Source: Vicinamibacterales bacterium
GTDB taxonomy: Bacteria > Acidobacteriota > Vicinamibacteria > Vicinamibacterales > UBA8438
Assembly (NCBI GenBank): GCA_965206285.1
Contig: OZ242205.1
Location: 6,620,259-6,684,258, forward strand
Direction: 5' to 3'
Length of the DNA stretch: 64,000 bases
A program made the translations under genes and the position numbers. Below, piece by piece: positions 48,962-58,224 of this stretch; position 1 is the stretch's first letter, and every line of letters begins with the position of its first letter. The notes below the pieces were generated by a model that searched no databases, was not told the origin of the DNA, and saw nothing but the letters and a program-made list of their open reading frames with translations.

Positions 48962-49483
48962 ATGAAGAGACATGGTGTCGCGCGGTGGTGGCTCGTCCCG
49001 GTCGCGGCGGTCGCGGGCGTCGCCTGGATCGGGCTGTCGGAAGCGGCCGCCCAGCCGAGCGACAGGAACATCTCGGCCGGGCGCCGGCTGTACCACCAGA
49101 AGGCCGACTGCCAGGCGTGTCACGGGTGGTCGGGCGACGGCGTGAAGATGGACAACCAGGCGCCGGACGGGGCGAACCTGCGCGAGAGCGGCCTCGGCCG
49201 CGAGCAGCTCGTCTTCGTCATCAAGTGCGGGCTGCCGGGCCGGGAGATGCCCGCGTTCGACCGGCTCGCCTACACCGACGACCGCTGCCTCGGCCGGACC
49301 CGGCGCGACCTCGAGCGCATGGGCCTGAGGCTGCCGGAGCCGGGCGCGACCCTGCAGAACCGGGAGGTCGAGCGGCTGGTGGACTTCCTGCTCGCCAAGG
49401 TCGTCGGTCAGGGCGACATGAACCGCGAGCGCTGCATCGACTTCTGGGGCGAGGAGGTCGACGTGTGCAACACGTTGCCGTGA
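48962..49483 (+). CDS. membrane-anchored/secreted class I cytochrome c
   Basis: Signal/anchor WWLVPVAAVAGVAWIGL. Heme motif CQACHG and distal ligand region GREMPAF. Confidence 0.8.
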   Translation: MKRHGVARWWLVPVAAVAGVAWIGLSEAAAQPSDRNISAGRRLYHQKADCQACHGWSGDGVKMDNQAPDGANLRESGLGREQLVFVIKCGLPGREMPAFDRLAYTDDRCLGRTRRDLERMGLRLPEPGATLQNREVERLVDFLLAKVVGQGDMNRERCIDFWGEEVDVCNTLP

Positions 49484-49565
49484 GCCTGTCGGCGGCGACG
49501 CACCGGTGCCCTCGTCGCGCCTGGCCACGCGGGCGTCCCGCGGCCGGCTGGCTCTTGGGCGGCAA

Positions 49566-49666
49566 GGACACCGACGGAAGTCACCTTGCCGTGTGGTAAG
49601 CCCGCGAGACCGGAGAGAGCGGGCTGCGCCTGGATGTAGTTGGCAATTCCATATCGGTCACTGTCC
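49566..49666. repeat. 101-nt hairpin-like repeat element, copy B
   Basis: Same length as 38833-38933 and the same conserved blocks (GGACA..GACGGAA, ACCTTGCCG.GTG, GCGCC, AGTTGGCAA, ATATCG, CTGTCC). Lies in the cytochrome c / VOC intergenic region. Confidence 0.6.
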
Positions 49667-49769
49667 TGACCGGTCTTCGGTGCAACACCAGGTTTCGACA
49701 CGGGTTCCTGCGGACGGCGGACACCCGGCCCGGCGCGGCGTCCGGGCCCCCAATGTGAGGAGAGGCGGC

Positions 49770-50354
49770 ATGAGTGACGTCATCGAAGGGCTGGTGCGGC
49801 GGTTCGAGGGCGGCGGGATGACCCGCCGGGAGCTGGTGGTGGCGTTGTCGGCCGTGGTGGTGGCCCGCTCGGCGCCCGCGGCGGCGCCGGCCGCGCAGGC
49901 CAACGCGGCGCCGATTCCCGTCACCACCCTGAACCACGTGACCCTGACCGTGTCGGACGTGCAGCGCTCGGTCGAGTTCTATCAGCGGGTCCTCGGTCTG
50001 CCCCTGGTGACCACGCAGGGGACCGAGGCCGACTGGTCGGCGGCCGCGGTGCCGGTCCTCGGCATCGGAGACGGCCCGCAGTTCATCGCGTTCGGGCGGG
50101 GCTCGACGCCGTCCATCAATCACTACTGCCTGGGCATGGAGGGGTTCGACGCCGCCGAGGTGGTCGACCGGCTGGCCGCGCACGGCATCACCGCGCGGGT
50201 CCGGCGGCGCGCCGACTCCGATCCGCCGGCCGAGGAGCTGATGTTCAACGACCCGGACGGCATTGCCGTCCAGCTCCAGGACGTGAGCTACTGCGGCGGG
50301 TCGGGGGCCCTCGGCGACCTCTGCGATCCGGACGACCGCCCACGCGACCGTTGA
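49770..50354 (+). CDS. VOC-family (glyoxalase/bleomycin-resistance/dioxygenase) protein with TAT-like leader
   Basis: MTRRELVVALSAVVVARSAPAAA leader. LNHVTLTVSDVQRSVEFYQRVLGL, INHYCLGM, FNDPDGIAVQLQ. Confidence 0.8.
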   Translation: MSDVIEGLVRRFEGGGMTRRELVVALSAVVVARSAPAAAPAAQANAAPIPVTTLNHVTLTVSDVQRSVEFYQRVLGLPLVTTQGTEADWSAAAVPVLGIGDGPQFIAFGRGSTPSINHYCLGMEGFDAAEVVDRLAAHGITARVRRRADSDPPAEELMFNDPDGIAVQLQDVSYCGGSGALGDLCDPDDRPRDR

Positions 50355-50367
50355 TGGCGGGAGGGCA

Positions 50368-50778
50368 GTGATGGGTCGTCGAATCGGCGCGGTCGTCGCG
50401 GGGCTGGCGGGCAGCGTGGCCCTGATCATGGCGGTGCAGGCGGTGGGTACCTGGCTGTACCCGCCGCCTCCCGGCACCGACTTCACCGACCCCGAGGTGG
50501 TTGCGGCGCTGATGGCGCAGATACCGCTCGGGGCGCTGCTGATGGTCGAGCTGTCCTACGCGGCGGGCAGTCTCGGCGGCGGCGTCATCGTACGGCTGGT
50601 GAGCCCGGGTCGGGCCACGGCCCTCGCCGTCGTACTGGGCGGGCTGCTCACCCTCGCCGGCTTCGCCAATCTCGCCGCCATCCCGCATCCGCTCTGGTTC
50701 GGCGTCCTGTCGACCGTGACCTACGTGCCCTGCGCCGTCCTCGGCGCCGCCGCGGCGGCGCGCCTGCGTTCGGGGTGA
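50368..50778 (+). CDS. small integral membrane protein
   Basis: 136 aa with four predicted hydrophobic helices and good GC3. No family recognised. Confidence 0.6.
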   Translation: MMGRRIGAVVAGLAGSVALIMAVQAVGTWLYPPPPGTDFTDPEVVAALMAQIPLGALLMVELSYAAGSLGGGVIVRLVSPGRATALAVVLGGLLTLAGFANLAAIPHPLWFGVLSTVTYVPCAVLGAAAAARLRSG

Positions 50779-50907
50779 CCACGCGTACGAGCCTCGGCGC
50801 CTGCCGTCCGCGCCGCGGCCGGCGCCGAGGACAGCGTCGACGCATTTGCCCCTGACGAGAGGGGGTCGCTAGAATAGCTGTGCCGCCTTCGGCTGCGGTG
50901 AGGGAAC

Positions 50908-51408
50908 ATGCCCCTGCAGAACGGTTCTCAAATCGAGCTTCCGCTCATCTTCACCTGTCGCGATCTCGTATACGGCACCGGAATCCTGGCCGAAATACGC
51001 GTCCGCGGGCGCGTGCTCGCTGTCACGGAGCAAGACGGCGTCTGGATGTACGGGGTCAACCCGGGCGGTCTCGCCGCCTCGGGGGCAACCATACCGGAGG
51101 CCCACGCCGCATTCCGGCGGTCGTTCAGGGCGGTGTTGTTCGACATCGCCGAGGACGCGTCGAGCTTCGATGATTTCGCTGCCCGGACGAGGGAGTTCGT
51201 CAACGAGGCCAACGCACCGGTGGAAGCAGCGTGGCGGGAGGCCGTCGAGGCCCACCGCGCCAATCGCTTCCTCTTGGGAACCGCTGCTCGCGACATGGAC
51301 AGGCTGCCTGCCGAGACCCCCATCTCCATCGACGTCGTACTGAAGACGCAGGCTGACTTCACGACGGCCCTCAACGAGCTCGATCAGGAGCCCGTTCTCG
51401 CGGCATAG
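50908..51408 (+). CDS. hypothetical protein with HicB-like N-terminal fold (putative antitoxin)
   Basis: RBS GAGGGAA, lower-GC patch. DGVWMYGVNPGGLAASGATIPEAHAAFRRSFRAVLFDIAE resembles the HicB/UPF0150 core. The next ORF starts 2 nt after its stop. Confidence 0.5.
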   Translation: MPLQNGSQIELPLIFTCRDLVYGTGILAEIRVRGRVLAVTEQDGVWMYGVNPGGLAASGATIPEAHAAFRRSFRAVLFDIAEDASSFDDFAARTREFVNEANAPVEAAWREAVEAHRANRFLLGTAARDMDRLPAETPISIDVVLKTQADFTTALNELDQEPVLAA

Positions 51409-51410
51409 GC

Positions 51411-51665
51411 GTGTCGTCCTTCTCCACCGTCCGGTTCAAGGACATTCGCCGGATGCTTGACCAGTGCGCTCCCGGGGCGGCCATCGAGAAGAAGAAGCAC
51501 AGGCACTGGGTTCGCTACGGTGGGAAGACCTACCCCGGGCTTCCTCTCGGGCGTCACGGCAAGCGAGAGAATCCCGAGATCGAGATCGGACACGTCCGTC
51601 AACTGATTCGCTACTTGGGAATCGATGAGGAATGTGCCCGACAGGCCATACCTGCCCTGGGATGA
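51411..51665 (+). CDS. HicA-like toxin candidate
   Basis: 84 aa with GTG start. FKDIRRMLDQ...KKHRHWVRYGGKTYPGLPLGRHG...EIEIGHVRQLIRYLGI follows the HicA pattern (His, G, lP.H, i..g.v..i...Lgi). Confidence 0.5.
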   Translation: MSSFSTVRFKDIRRMLDQCAPGAAIEKKKHRHWVRYGGKTYPGLPLGRHGKRENPEIEIGHVRQLIRYLGIDEECARQAIPALG

Positions 51666-51741
51666 CCGCGTCACCCGGCCGTTCCCCCAACCCTCAGCGC
51701 CCCGTTTCGCGTGACTGTCCCCGCCGGGCCCCGGCGGATGC

Positions 51742-52737
51742 TCAGAAGACCGCAATCGGGTTGAGCGGCGACCCTGTCCCGCCCTCGACGGGGATCGGCC
51801 CGGCCGTGAGCATGAACTCCCACCGGTTCTCGCGCGCCGCGGTCTTCGCGAGCGCCTCGAGGTCCATGTTGTCGAAGATGTTGGTGCCGAAGCCGGCGAT
51901 CAGCATCGTATGGACGGGCTGGGTGACGCCCTCGACCAGCGACGGCATCACGTCGGTGGCGGCGTCGCTGCCCACGAACGCCACGCCGCGCTCCTTGATC
52001 CAGGGGAGCACCGACGCGTGCAGGCCGGCGCTGTTGCCCGACACCTGCCAGGGGCCGAGCTCGGCGCGGCGCGCCCACCGGCCGGTCCGCACGAAGATCA
52101 CGTCGCCCGGCGATACCGTGACGCCGGCCATCTCCTCCCACGCCTCGATGTCCTCGACGTAGATCGGCGTCTGCGGCTCGAGGTACGGCACGCCCTCGAG
52201 GCGGGGGAAGTCGAGGAGGATGCCGCGGGTGACGATGCCCTGCTTCAGGTTCTGGATGCCGAGCCTGCCGCATCCCTCCGGCGTGCTCGCCGACGGCGGG
52301 ACGTCGTTGTAGAGCCGGTCGTTCCAGATGAAGTGGCAGAGCGAGTCGATGTGGCTGACGCTGTAGCCGTGATAGGTGAACTCGTAGGTGTCGCTGCGCA
52401 GCGATCGGCCCATGGTGTGGTTGAACGACGCGTCGGGGTTGTCCACCTCGGGGTCCGGCATGGGGTTGTGCGAGAGCGACACGGTGATGCCACGCCGGAC
52501 GAGGCCCGCCGCCTCGCGGGTCTTCTCCGGGGTGATCAGGTTCATGGTGCCCAGCTCGTCGTCCGCCCCCCAGCGGCCCCAGTTGTTGATCTCCTGGAAC
52601 ATCGCGTCGAACTCCGCCACGTTCCGGGGGGTGCGCGGCTCCTGCGCGTGGACGAGGACGGCGGTGGCGACCGCGATGGTGACCGTGCCGGCGAGGGCTC
52701 CGAGTCGGACGAATGGGGTTCCGGTCCTGGGTGTCAT
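51742..52737 (-). CDS. secreted cyclase-family protein (kynurenine-formamidase-like), paralog 1
   Basis: Signal peptide. YHGYSVSHIDSLCH (HxGxxxxHxDxxxH-type motif), GDVIFVRTGRW, FVGSDAATD. Confidence 0.85.
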   Translation of the reverse strand: MTPRTGTPFVRLGALAGTVTIAVATAVLVHAQEPRTPRNVAEFDAMFQEINNWGRWGADDELGTMNLITPEKTREAAGLVRRGITVSLSHNPMPDPEVDNPDASFNHTMGRSLRSDTYEFTYHGYSVSHIDSLCHFIWNDRLYNDVPPSASTPEGCGRLGIQNLKQGIVTRGILLDFPRLEGVPYLEPQTPIYVEDIEAWEEMAGVTVSPGDVIFVRTGRWARRAELGPWQVSGNSAGLHASVLPWIKERGVAFVGSDAATDVMPSLVEGVTQPVHTMLIAGFGTNIFDNMDLEALAKTAARENRWEFMLTAGPIPVEGGTGSPLNPIAVF

Positions 52738-52836
52738 CTACGTGCTCTCCCGAGTTGGCTTGCCGGTGATGCCGATACGGGCACTATGCTAACGCGACCC
52801 GCCCCGAGCGAGCGGAACGCGCCGCGCCAGGACCGC

Positions 52837-54126
52837 TCAGAGTCCGGCCCGCAGGCGCTCGACGGCGACTTCGAGGGTTTCCATCGATCGGCAGAACGCG
52901 AACCGGAGATAGCGGTTTCCTTCGTCGCCGGTGGCGTAGAAGTTGTCGCCGGGCACCGTCGCCACCCCGACGCTCTCGACCAGATGCGTAGCCGCCTCGG
53001 TCGGCGACATCTCCGCCAGCGCCGGCACGGTGCGGTAGTCGGCGAAGAGGTAGTAGGCGCCCTCGGGCGGGGTCACCGTGAAGCCGACCGCGCGCAGGCC
53101 GGCGACGAGCAGATCGCGTTTCCGGCGATAGTCGCCGGCGATGCCGTCGAAGAACGTCCGCTCCTGGCGCAGCAGCGCCACCGCGCCCTTCTGCAGCGGC
53201 GTCGGCGCCTGCACGACGAGGTTGTCGTGCACCGCGCGCAGCCGCCGGGTGTACCGCGGCGGGGTCAGGACCCAGCCGATGCGCCAGCCCGTCGCGCGCC
53301 CGGTCTTCGAGATCGAGTTCACCACGAGGGTGCGTTCGGCCATTCCGTCGAAGCTCGGCAGGAACAGATGGCGGTGGCCGTCGAAGGTGATGTGCTCGTA
53401 GATCTCGTCCGTGATCGCGAGGAGATCGCGAGTCCGGCACAGCTCCGCGATGAACGACAGCTCGTCCCGGTTCAGCACCTTGCCGGTGGGGTTCTGCGGC
53501 GTGTTCACGATGAACGCCTTGACCGACGGATCGGAGGCGACGGCGCGCACCTCGTCGCGGTCGAGCCGCCACGCGCCGGCGCCGCGGTCCTCGCGCAATG
53601 TCACGAACCTCGGCACGAGCCCGAAGATCGCCGCCTGCGACGGATAGAGCTCGTGGCAGGGCTGCATCACCACGACGCCGTCGCCCGGCTCGAAGAGCGC
53701 GCAGAACGCCGCCGCCATGCCTTCGCTGGCCCCGAGCACGACGGTGATCTCTTCCTCCGGATCCGGCCGGCGCCCGTAGAGCCGGTCTGTGTAGTCCGCG
53801 ATCGCGTGCCGCAGCTCCGGGAGCCCGAACGGAAACGAGTACTGATTGAACTGGTCGCGCGGGTTCCGCACGCCCGCCAGCAACTCCTTCACGGTCAGAT
53901 CGAGCGCCGCGCGGTCCCCGGCGCCGTGCGCGGCCAGCAGGTCGCGCACCGTCATCGATTCGATCCGCGCGAGGCGTTCTTCCGTCCCGCCGAGCATCGC
54001 CGCGACCCCGCTCCACACCATGTCGTACACCGGCGCCTCGTCGGTGAACCCCTGCGAGAGATTCACCGCCCCGTGCTCGATGGCGAGCCGGGTCATCCGG
54101 CGAATCAGGGTTTCCTCGACGTCCAC
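52837..54126 (-). CDS. class I/II PLP-dependent aminotransferase
   Basis: RBS GAGGGAG + GTG start. NLSQGF, NQYSFPFGLPELRHAIADY, IVNTPQNPTG, ITDEIYEHI, SISKTGRATGWRIGW (PLP Lys), RFAFC. Confidence 0.88.
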   Translation of the reverse strand: MDVEETLIRRMTRLAIEHGAVNLSQGFTDEAPVYDMVWSGVAAMLGGTEERLARIESMTVRDLLAAHGAGDRAALDLTVKELLAGVRNPRDQFNQYSFPFGLPELRHAIADYTDRLYGRRPDPEEEITVVLGASEGMAAAFCALFEPGDGVVVMQPCHELYPSQAAIFGLVPRFVTLREDRGAGAWRLDRDEVRAVASDPSVKAFIVNTPQNPTGKVLNRDELSFIAELCRTRDLLAITDEIYEHITFDGHRHLFLPSFDGMAERTLVVNSISKTGRATGWRIGWVLTPPRYTRRLRAVHDNLVVQAPTPLQKGAVALLRQERTFFDGIAGDYRRKRDLLVAGLRAVGFTVTPPEGAYYLFADYRTVPALAEMSPTEAATHLVESVGVATVPGDNFYATGDEGNRYLRFAFCRSMETLEVAVERLRAGL

Positions 54127-54518
54127 CCGTGCTCCCTCACGCGCCGTTGTGGCCGACCGGGTCGCGACGGTCCATCGTAACCGGAAGCGCGTGCAGGGCG
54201 TCCCAGTCGCCGCTCGCCGACCGGAACGGATCGCGCACCACGCGGATTCCTGCGCCGATGCACGCGCGGCGGGAGGTCCTCGACCCGCGTGGCGCCGACG
54301 AGTCCATGGAGGCGCCCGGCGGGACCCTCCGAAGCGCCGGAGAGCATCGACCGGGTGCTCGGCCGGTAGCGGAAGCCGTGGTTCAAGACCTGATGATGCC
54401 GGCGGCCGTCGCACCTGGGCTGTGTCACCCGTCCCCCGCAGGAGGGCGGTTGACATCGGTGTGGTCCGACAGTAGCGTGACGAGAGCCGACGACGGCTCA
54501 AGTGGGGAGGGGACGCAC

Positions 54519-55298
54519 ATGAACGTGGATCGACGCAAGTTCTTCGCATCGGTGGGCGGGGCGGCGGCGGTGGCGGCGATGGGGCACGAGGACCGGGCCG
54601 AGGCCCTCGAGCACTACATGACGGATCGGCTCGATCGTCGCGTCGGGCTTGCGGAAGCCGCGCAGGCGTCGGCCGAGCTCCGGGTGCCGCGCGGAACCGG
54701 CAACCTCTACAAACCGACCGCGAGCGGCTTCGAGCCGATGCCCGACAAGCCCACGCTGGTCGACTTCTTCGAGCGCCGGTTCGCCCCGGCCCGCCATGTC
54801 CTGCAGAGCGCGAACCGGGCCGTCGAGACCGGTCAACCGGAGCGCACGGTGTTCGCGTGCCTCCTGCACGACGTGACCCAGAACCTGATCAAGGCGGACC
54901 ACGGCTACTGGGGTGCGCAACTCTTCGCCCCCTACGTGGACGAGCGCGTGGCCTGGGGGATCAAGTACCACCAGGCGTTGCGGTTCTACGCGGACGACTC
55001 CGTCGGCTACGAGTATCCCGACATGTACAACCGCATCTTCGGGGTGGACTACGAGCCGGACGAGTACATCAAGCAGGACTACGAGTTCGCGCGGAACCAC
55101 CGGTACTACATGGAAGCGCGGCTGGTCACGGTCAACGATCAGTACGCGTTCGACGAGGGCCAGCGCGAGATCGGGATCGAAGAGTTCACCGACGTCATCG
55201 GCCGGCAGTTCAAGCAGCCGAAGGAAGGGCTGGGGTACGACAACAGCCCGGTCGCCCACATGTGGCGGTCGATCATCAATCCGGATCGGCCGTTGTAG
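54519..55298 (+). CDS. TAT-exported HD-domain-like protein
   Basis: RBS GGGGAGGGG. Twin-arginine leader MNVDRRKFFASVGGAAAVAAMG. FACLLHDVTQ (HD motif) and KYHQALRFY. 259 aa. Confidence 0.7.
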   Translation: MNVDRRKFFASVGGAAAVAAMGHEDRAEALEHYMTDRLDRRVGLAEAAQASAELRVPRGTGNLYKPTASGFEPMPDKPTLVDFFERRFAPARHVLQSANRAVETGQPERTVFACLLHDVTQNLIKADHGYWGAQLFAPYVDERVAWGIKYHQALRFYADDSVGYEYPDMYNRIFGVDYEPDEYIKQDYEFARNHRYYMEARLVTVNDQYAFDEGQREIGIEEFTDVIGRQFKQPKEGLGYDNSPVAHMWRSIINPDRPL

Positions 55299-55569
55299 CC
55301 GTCGCGAACGGATGGTGCACGTGGGGTCCGGCTCCGGCCGACCCCGCGGCGCCTGCGGTAGATCGGCGGACAGGCTTTGGGGGCGACGGCCGTCTCGGCG
55401 CCGTCTGGCTGCTTTACCGTTGCCGCGGAAGCAGCTGCGAGGCACCAGGAGACGGGGCACCGGGACGGTCGCGGACCTGGGTCGTTTACGCGGCCCGTGC
55501 GGGCAACCGGGGGGCTCGACCAGGCCGCGGTCCGGCACCACGCCCGGCCGGGAGAGGGAGTCGAGGCAC

Positions 55570-56565
55570 ATGAAGGACTGTCGAATCTGGATAGCGGCGG
55601 CGGGCTTGCTGGCGGTGGGTCTCGCGACGCTGGCGCCGCCGGTCGGAGCGCAGGCCGCGCGCGAGGTGACGGCGGAGACGGTTGCGCAGTGGATGACGGA
55701 GCTGTCGAACTGGGGCCGGTGGGGCGACGACGACGAGATGGGCGCGCTCAACCTGATCACACCCGAGAAGCGGCGGGCGGCGCTGGCCCTGGCCACGGCG
55801 GGGGTGTCGGTGTCGCTCTCGCACAACTACCTCACCGAGCGGGCCCTCGACGCCACCTCGCCGGTCGGCTACGAGATGCTGGGACCGGACCGCCCGGGGC
55901 CGTTCCGCAGCGACCGCTACACGTTCGCCTACCACGGCTACGCCCACTCGCACATGGACTCGCTCTGCCACATGATGCACGACGGGCGGATGTACAACGG
56001 CTACGTCCGCGACGACGAGGTGACGGCGGGGGGCTGCGCGAAGCTCGCGATCATCAACTTCAAGCAGGGAATCGTCACCCGCGGCGTGCTGCTGGACATC
56101 GCGCGACTCAAGGGGGTGGACTATCTCGAGCCGGGCACGCCGATCTACGTCGAGGACCTCAAGGCGTGGGAGCGCGAGGCGGGGGTGACGGTCGAGCCGG
56201 GGGACATCCTGTTCGTCCGGAACGGCCGCTGGGCCCGCCGGGCCGAGTTCGGAGCGTGGGAGACGGGGCGCGAGTCCGCGGGGCTGCACGCCTCGGTCGC
56301 CCCGTGGCTGCGCGAGCGGGGCGTGGCGATGCTCGGCGCCGACGGGACCAACGACGTGCTGCCGTCGGGGGTCGAGGGGGTGACGCAGCCGATCCACCAG
56401 CTCACGATCGTCGCGATGGGGATGCCGCTCTTCGACAACCTCGACCTCGAGGCGGTGGCGGCGGAGGCGGCGCGGCAGAACCGGTGGGAGTTCCTGCTGG
56501 TGGCGGCGCCCCTCGCGATGGACGTCGGCACCGGCTCGCCGCTCAACCCGCTGGCGATCTTCTGA
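55570..56565 (+). CDS. secreted cyclase-family protein (kynurenine-formamidase-like), paralog 2
   Basis: Signal peptide. YHGYAHSHMDSLCH, GDILFVRNGRW, MLGADGTND. About 60% identical (by eye) to 51742-52737 and in inverted orientation. Confidence 0.85.
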   Translation: MKDCRIWIAAAGLLAVGLATLAPPVGAQAAREVTAETVAQWMTELSNWGRWGDDDEMGALNLITPEKRRAALALATAGVSVSLSHNYLTERALDATSPVGYEMLGPDRPGPFRSDRYTFAYHGYAHSHMDSLCHMMHDGRMYNGYVRDDEVTAGGCAKLAIINFKQGIVTRGVLLDIARLKGVDYLEPGTPIYVEDLKAWEREAGVTVEPGDILFVRNGRWARRAEFGAWETGRESAGLHASVAPWLRERGVAMLGADGTNDVLPSGVEGVTQPIHQLTIVAMGMPLFDNLDLEAVAAEAARQNRWEFLLVAAPLAMDVGTGSPLNPLAIF

Positions 56566-56595
56566 TGGAGGTGCGGCGGGGTCGTGCCGGCATCG

Positions 56596-56772
56596 TCACT
56601 GATTCCGCGGCGGGGTCGAGTCGCGACCGGTGATGGCGTCGCGCAGGCCTACCAGCAACCCCTCGACGCGGGCGAGTCGTTCGCCCCGCAGCCGCACGTG
56701 CGAATCCATCCGGAACACCAGGGACGCGATTCCCACGCCGACGCCGACTACCGTCCATGCTTCGGGAGTCAT
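56596..56772 (-). CDS. possible 58-aa single-TM protein
   Basis: Hand translation: MTPEAWTVVGVGVGIASLVFRMDSHVRLRGERLARVEGLLVGLRDAITGRDSTPPRNQ*. It is below the ORF-track length cutoff and has no recognised homolog. Confidence 0.25.
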   Translation of the reverse strand: MTPEAWTVVGVGVGIASLVFRMDSHVRLRGERLARVEGLLVGLRDAITGRDSTPPRNQ

Positions 56773-57062
56773 CGTTCATGTACCTCTGCGTCCGCCGTCC
56801 TGCCACAAGACGTCGGCAGGAGCGATCACGCCGATGTATCAGGTTAGCAATTTCTGACACGTGCATCCACCAGCGATTCCGGTCGAACCGTGGTTGCGCC
56901 CGTCATGCCGGGATGGACGCCACACAGCGATCACAAGGGAGCAAGGACCGTGCCGTCTGCTGGCGTCTCGGCCGGCATCAGGTACGCTGGGGAGCCTTCT
57001 TGCCGCGCGGAGGCTGCCCGGGCCGGCTATAATCAGGCTCGCGTCACATCAGGAGGAAAGCC

Positions 57063-58052
57063 ATGAATCATCGAATGCTCGCCGCGGCCGGGAGCCTGGC
57101 CGTGCTGGTCGTGTTGTCGGCGCCGGTTTCCGTGTCGGCCCAGAGTGAGGCGGAGGCGCCGCGGACGCCCTGGGGAGCCCCCGATCTGCAGGGGGTCTGG
57201 GACTTCCGGACGATCACGCCCTTGGAACGTCCCGAGGAGCTCGGCGATCAGGCGTTCCTGACCGCGGAGGAAGCAGCCAATCAGGAACAGGAGGTCGTGG
57301 AACGGAACGCCCGGTTGTTGAACGAGGCGGCGCAGCGGACCGAGGCCGGAGGCAACGTCGGCGCCTACAACAACTTCTGGATGGACCGGGGCACCCGGAC
57401 GGTCGGAACCCGGCGGACGTCGCTCATCGTGGACCCGCCGAACGGGCGCATTCCGCCGTTTTCGGAAGCGGGGCAGGCGCGGGCCGACGCGCGGGCCGAG
57501 TACCGGAGCGAGCACCCCGCCGACTCGTGGGAGGATCGCAGCGTGGGCGAGCGTTGCGTGCTCGGGTTCAACTCGGGACCGCCGATGGAGCCGCGCGCCT
57601 ACAACAACCACATGCAGCTCTTCCAGACCGCCGACCACGTGGTGATTCTCAACGAGATGGTCCACGACGCGCGCATCATCCCCCTGGACGGCGGCGCGCT
57701 GGCGGAAGGGGTGACCCAGTGGATGGGAGACTCCCGCGGGCGCTGGGAGGGCGACACCCTGGTCGTCGACACGACCAACTTCTACAACAAGAACTCGTTC
57801 ACCGAGCGCTACGGGGCGACGGCGGCGATGACCCTGCAGGAGCGCTTCACGCGGGTCGACGCCGAGACGCTGGTCTACGAGTTCACGGTCGAGGACTCCG
57901 CGACCTGGACCTTGCCCTGGACCGTCGAGGTGCCGATGATGCGCTCGGAAGATCAGGTGTGGGAGTACGCGTGCCATGAAGGCAACTACGGGATGGACGG
58001 CATTCTCGCCGGCCACCGCGCCGAGGAACGCGATGCGGCGCAGGACCGGTAG
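57063..58052 (+). CDS. exported protein of the 'GDSRGRWEGDTLVV / EYACHEGNYG' family (paralog X3)
   Basis: RBS AGGAGGA and signal peptide. PRTPWGAPDLQGVW, GERCVLG, GDSRGRWEGDTLVVDTTNF, LQERFT, WEYACHEGNYG. Confidence 0.88.
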   Translation: MNHRMLAAAGSLAVLVVLSAPVSVSAQSEAEAPRTPWGAPDLQGVWDFRTITPLERPEELGDQAFLTAEEAANQEQEVVERNARLLNEAAQRTEAGGNVGAYNNFWMDRGTRTVGTRRTSLIVDPPNGRIPPFSEAGQARADARAEYRSEHPADSWEDRSVGERCVLGFNSGPPMEPRAYNNHMQLFQTADHVVILNEMVHDARIIPLDGGALAEGVTQWMGDSRGRWEGDTLVVDTTNFYNKNSFTERYGATAAMTLQERFTRVDAETLVYEFTVEDSATWTLPWTVEVPMMRSEDQVWEYACHEGNYGMDGILAGHRAEERDAAQDR

Positions 58053-58224
58053 GGGACCACGCGCCGGCACGGCGCGGAACGCGGCGGGATTGGCAGGGCG
58101 GGAATCGGCGCCGCGGGGCGGCGCTTCCCGGTCCAGGAGCCTGCGCCCTGGAACGGTGCAGACTCCGGGCGGGGTTGGTGGGGCGGCAATCGGAGCCGGA
58201 GGCGGCGATTTTCGGGCCAGGGCC

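Noticed and set aside
49566-49666. Possible SRP (4.5S/ffs) RNA. The block GCCTGGATGTAGTTGGCA resembles E. coli 4.5S GCCGGGAUGUAGCUGGCA.
   Set aside because: The conserved domain IV elements (GGAA tetraloop flanked by AGG.C.. / ..AGCA) are absent. Two diverged copies are present, one of them beside an IS, and the central parts do not share a fold. I treat it as an unexplained repeat instead.
56543-56866. 107-aa minus-strand ORF in the cyclase-X3 intergenic region.
   Set aside because: It is Arg-rich junk-like sequence. A different frame gives a more plausible 58-aa TM peptide, which I listed at low confidence instead.
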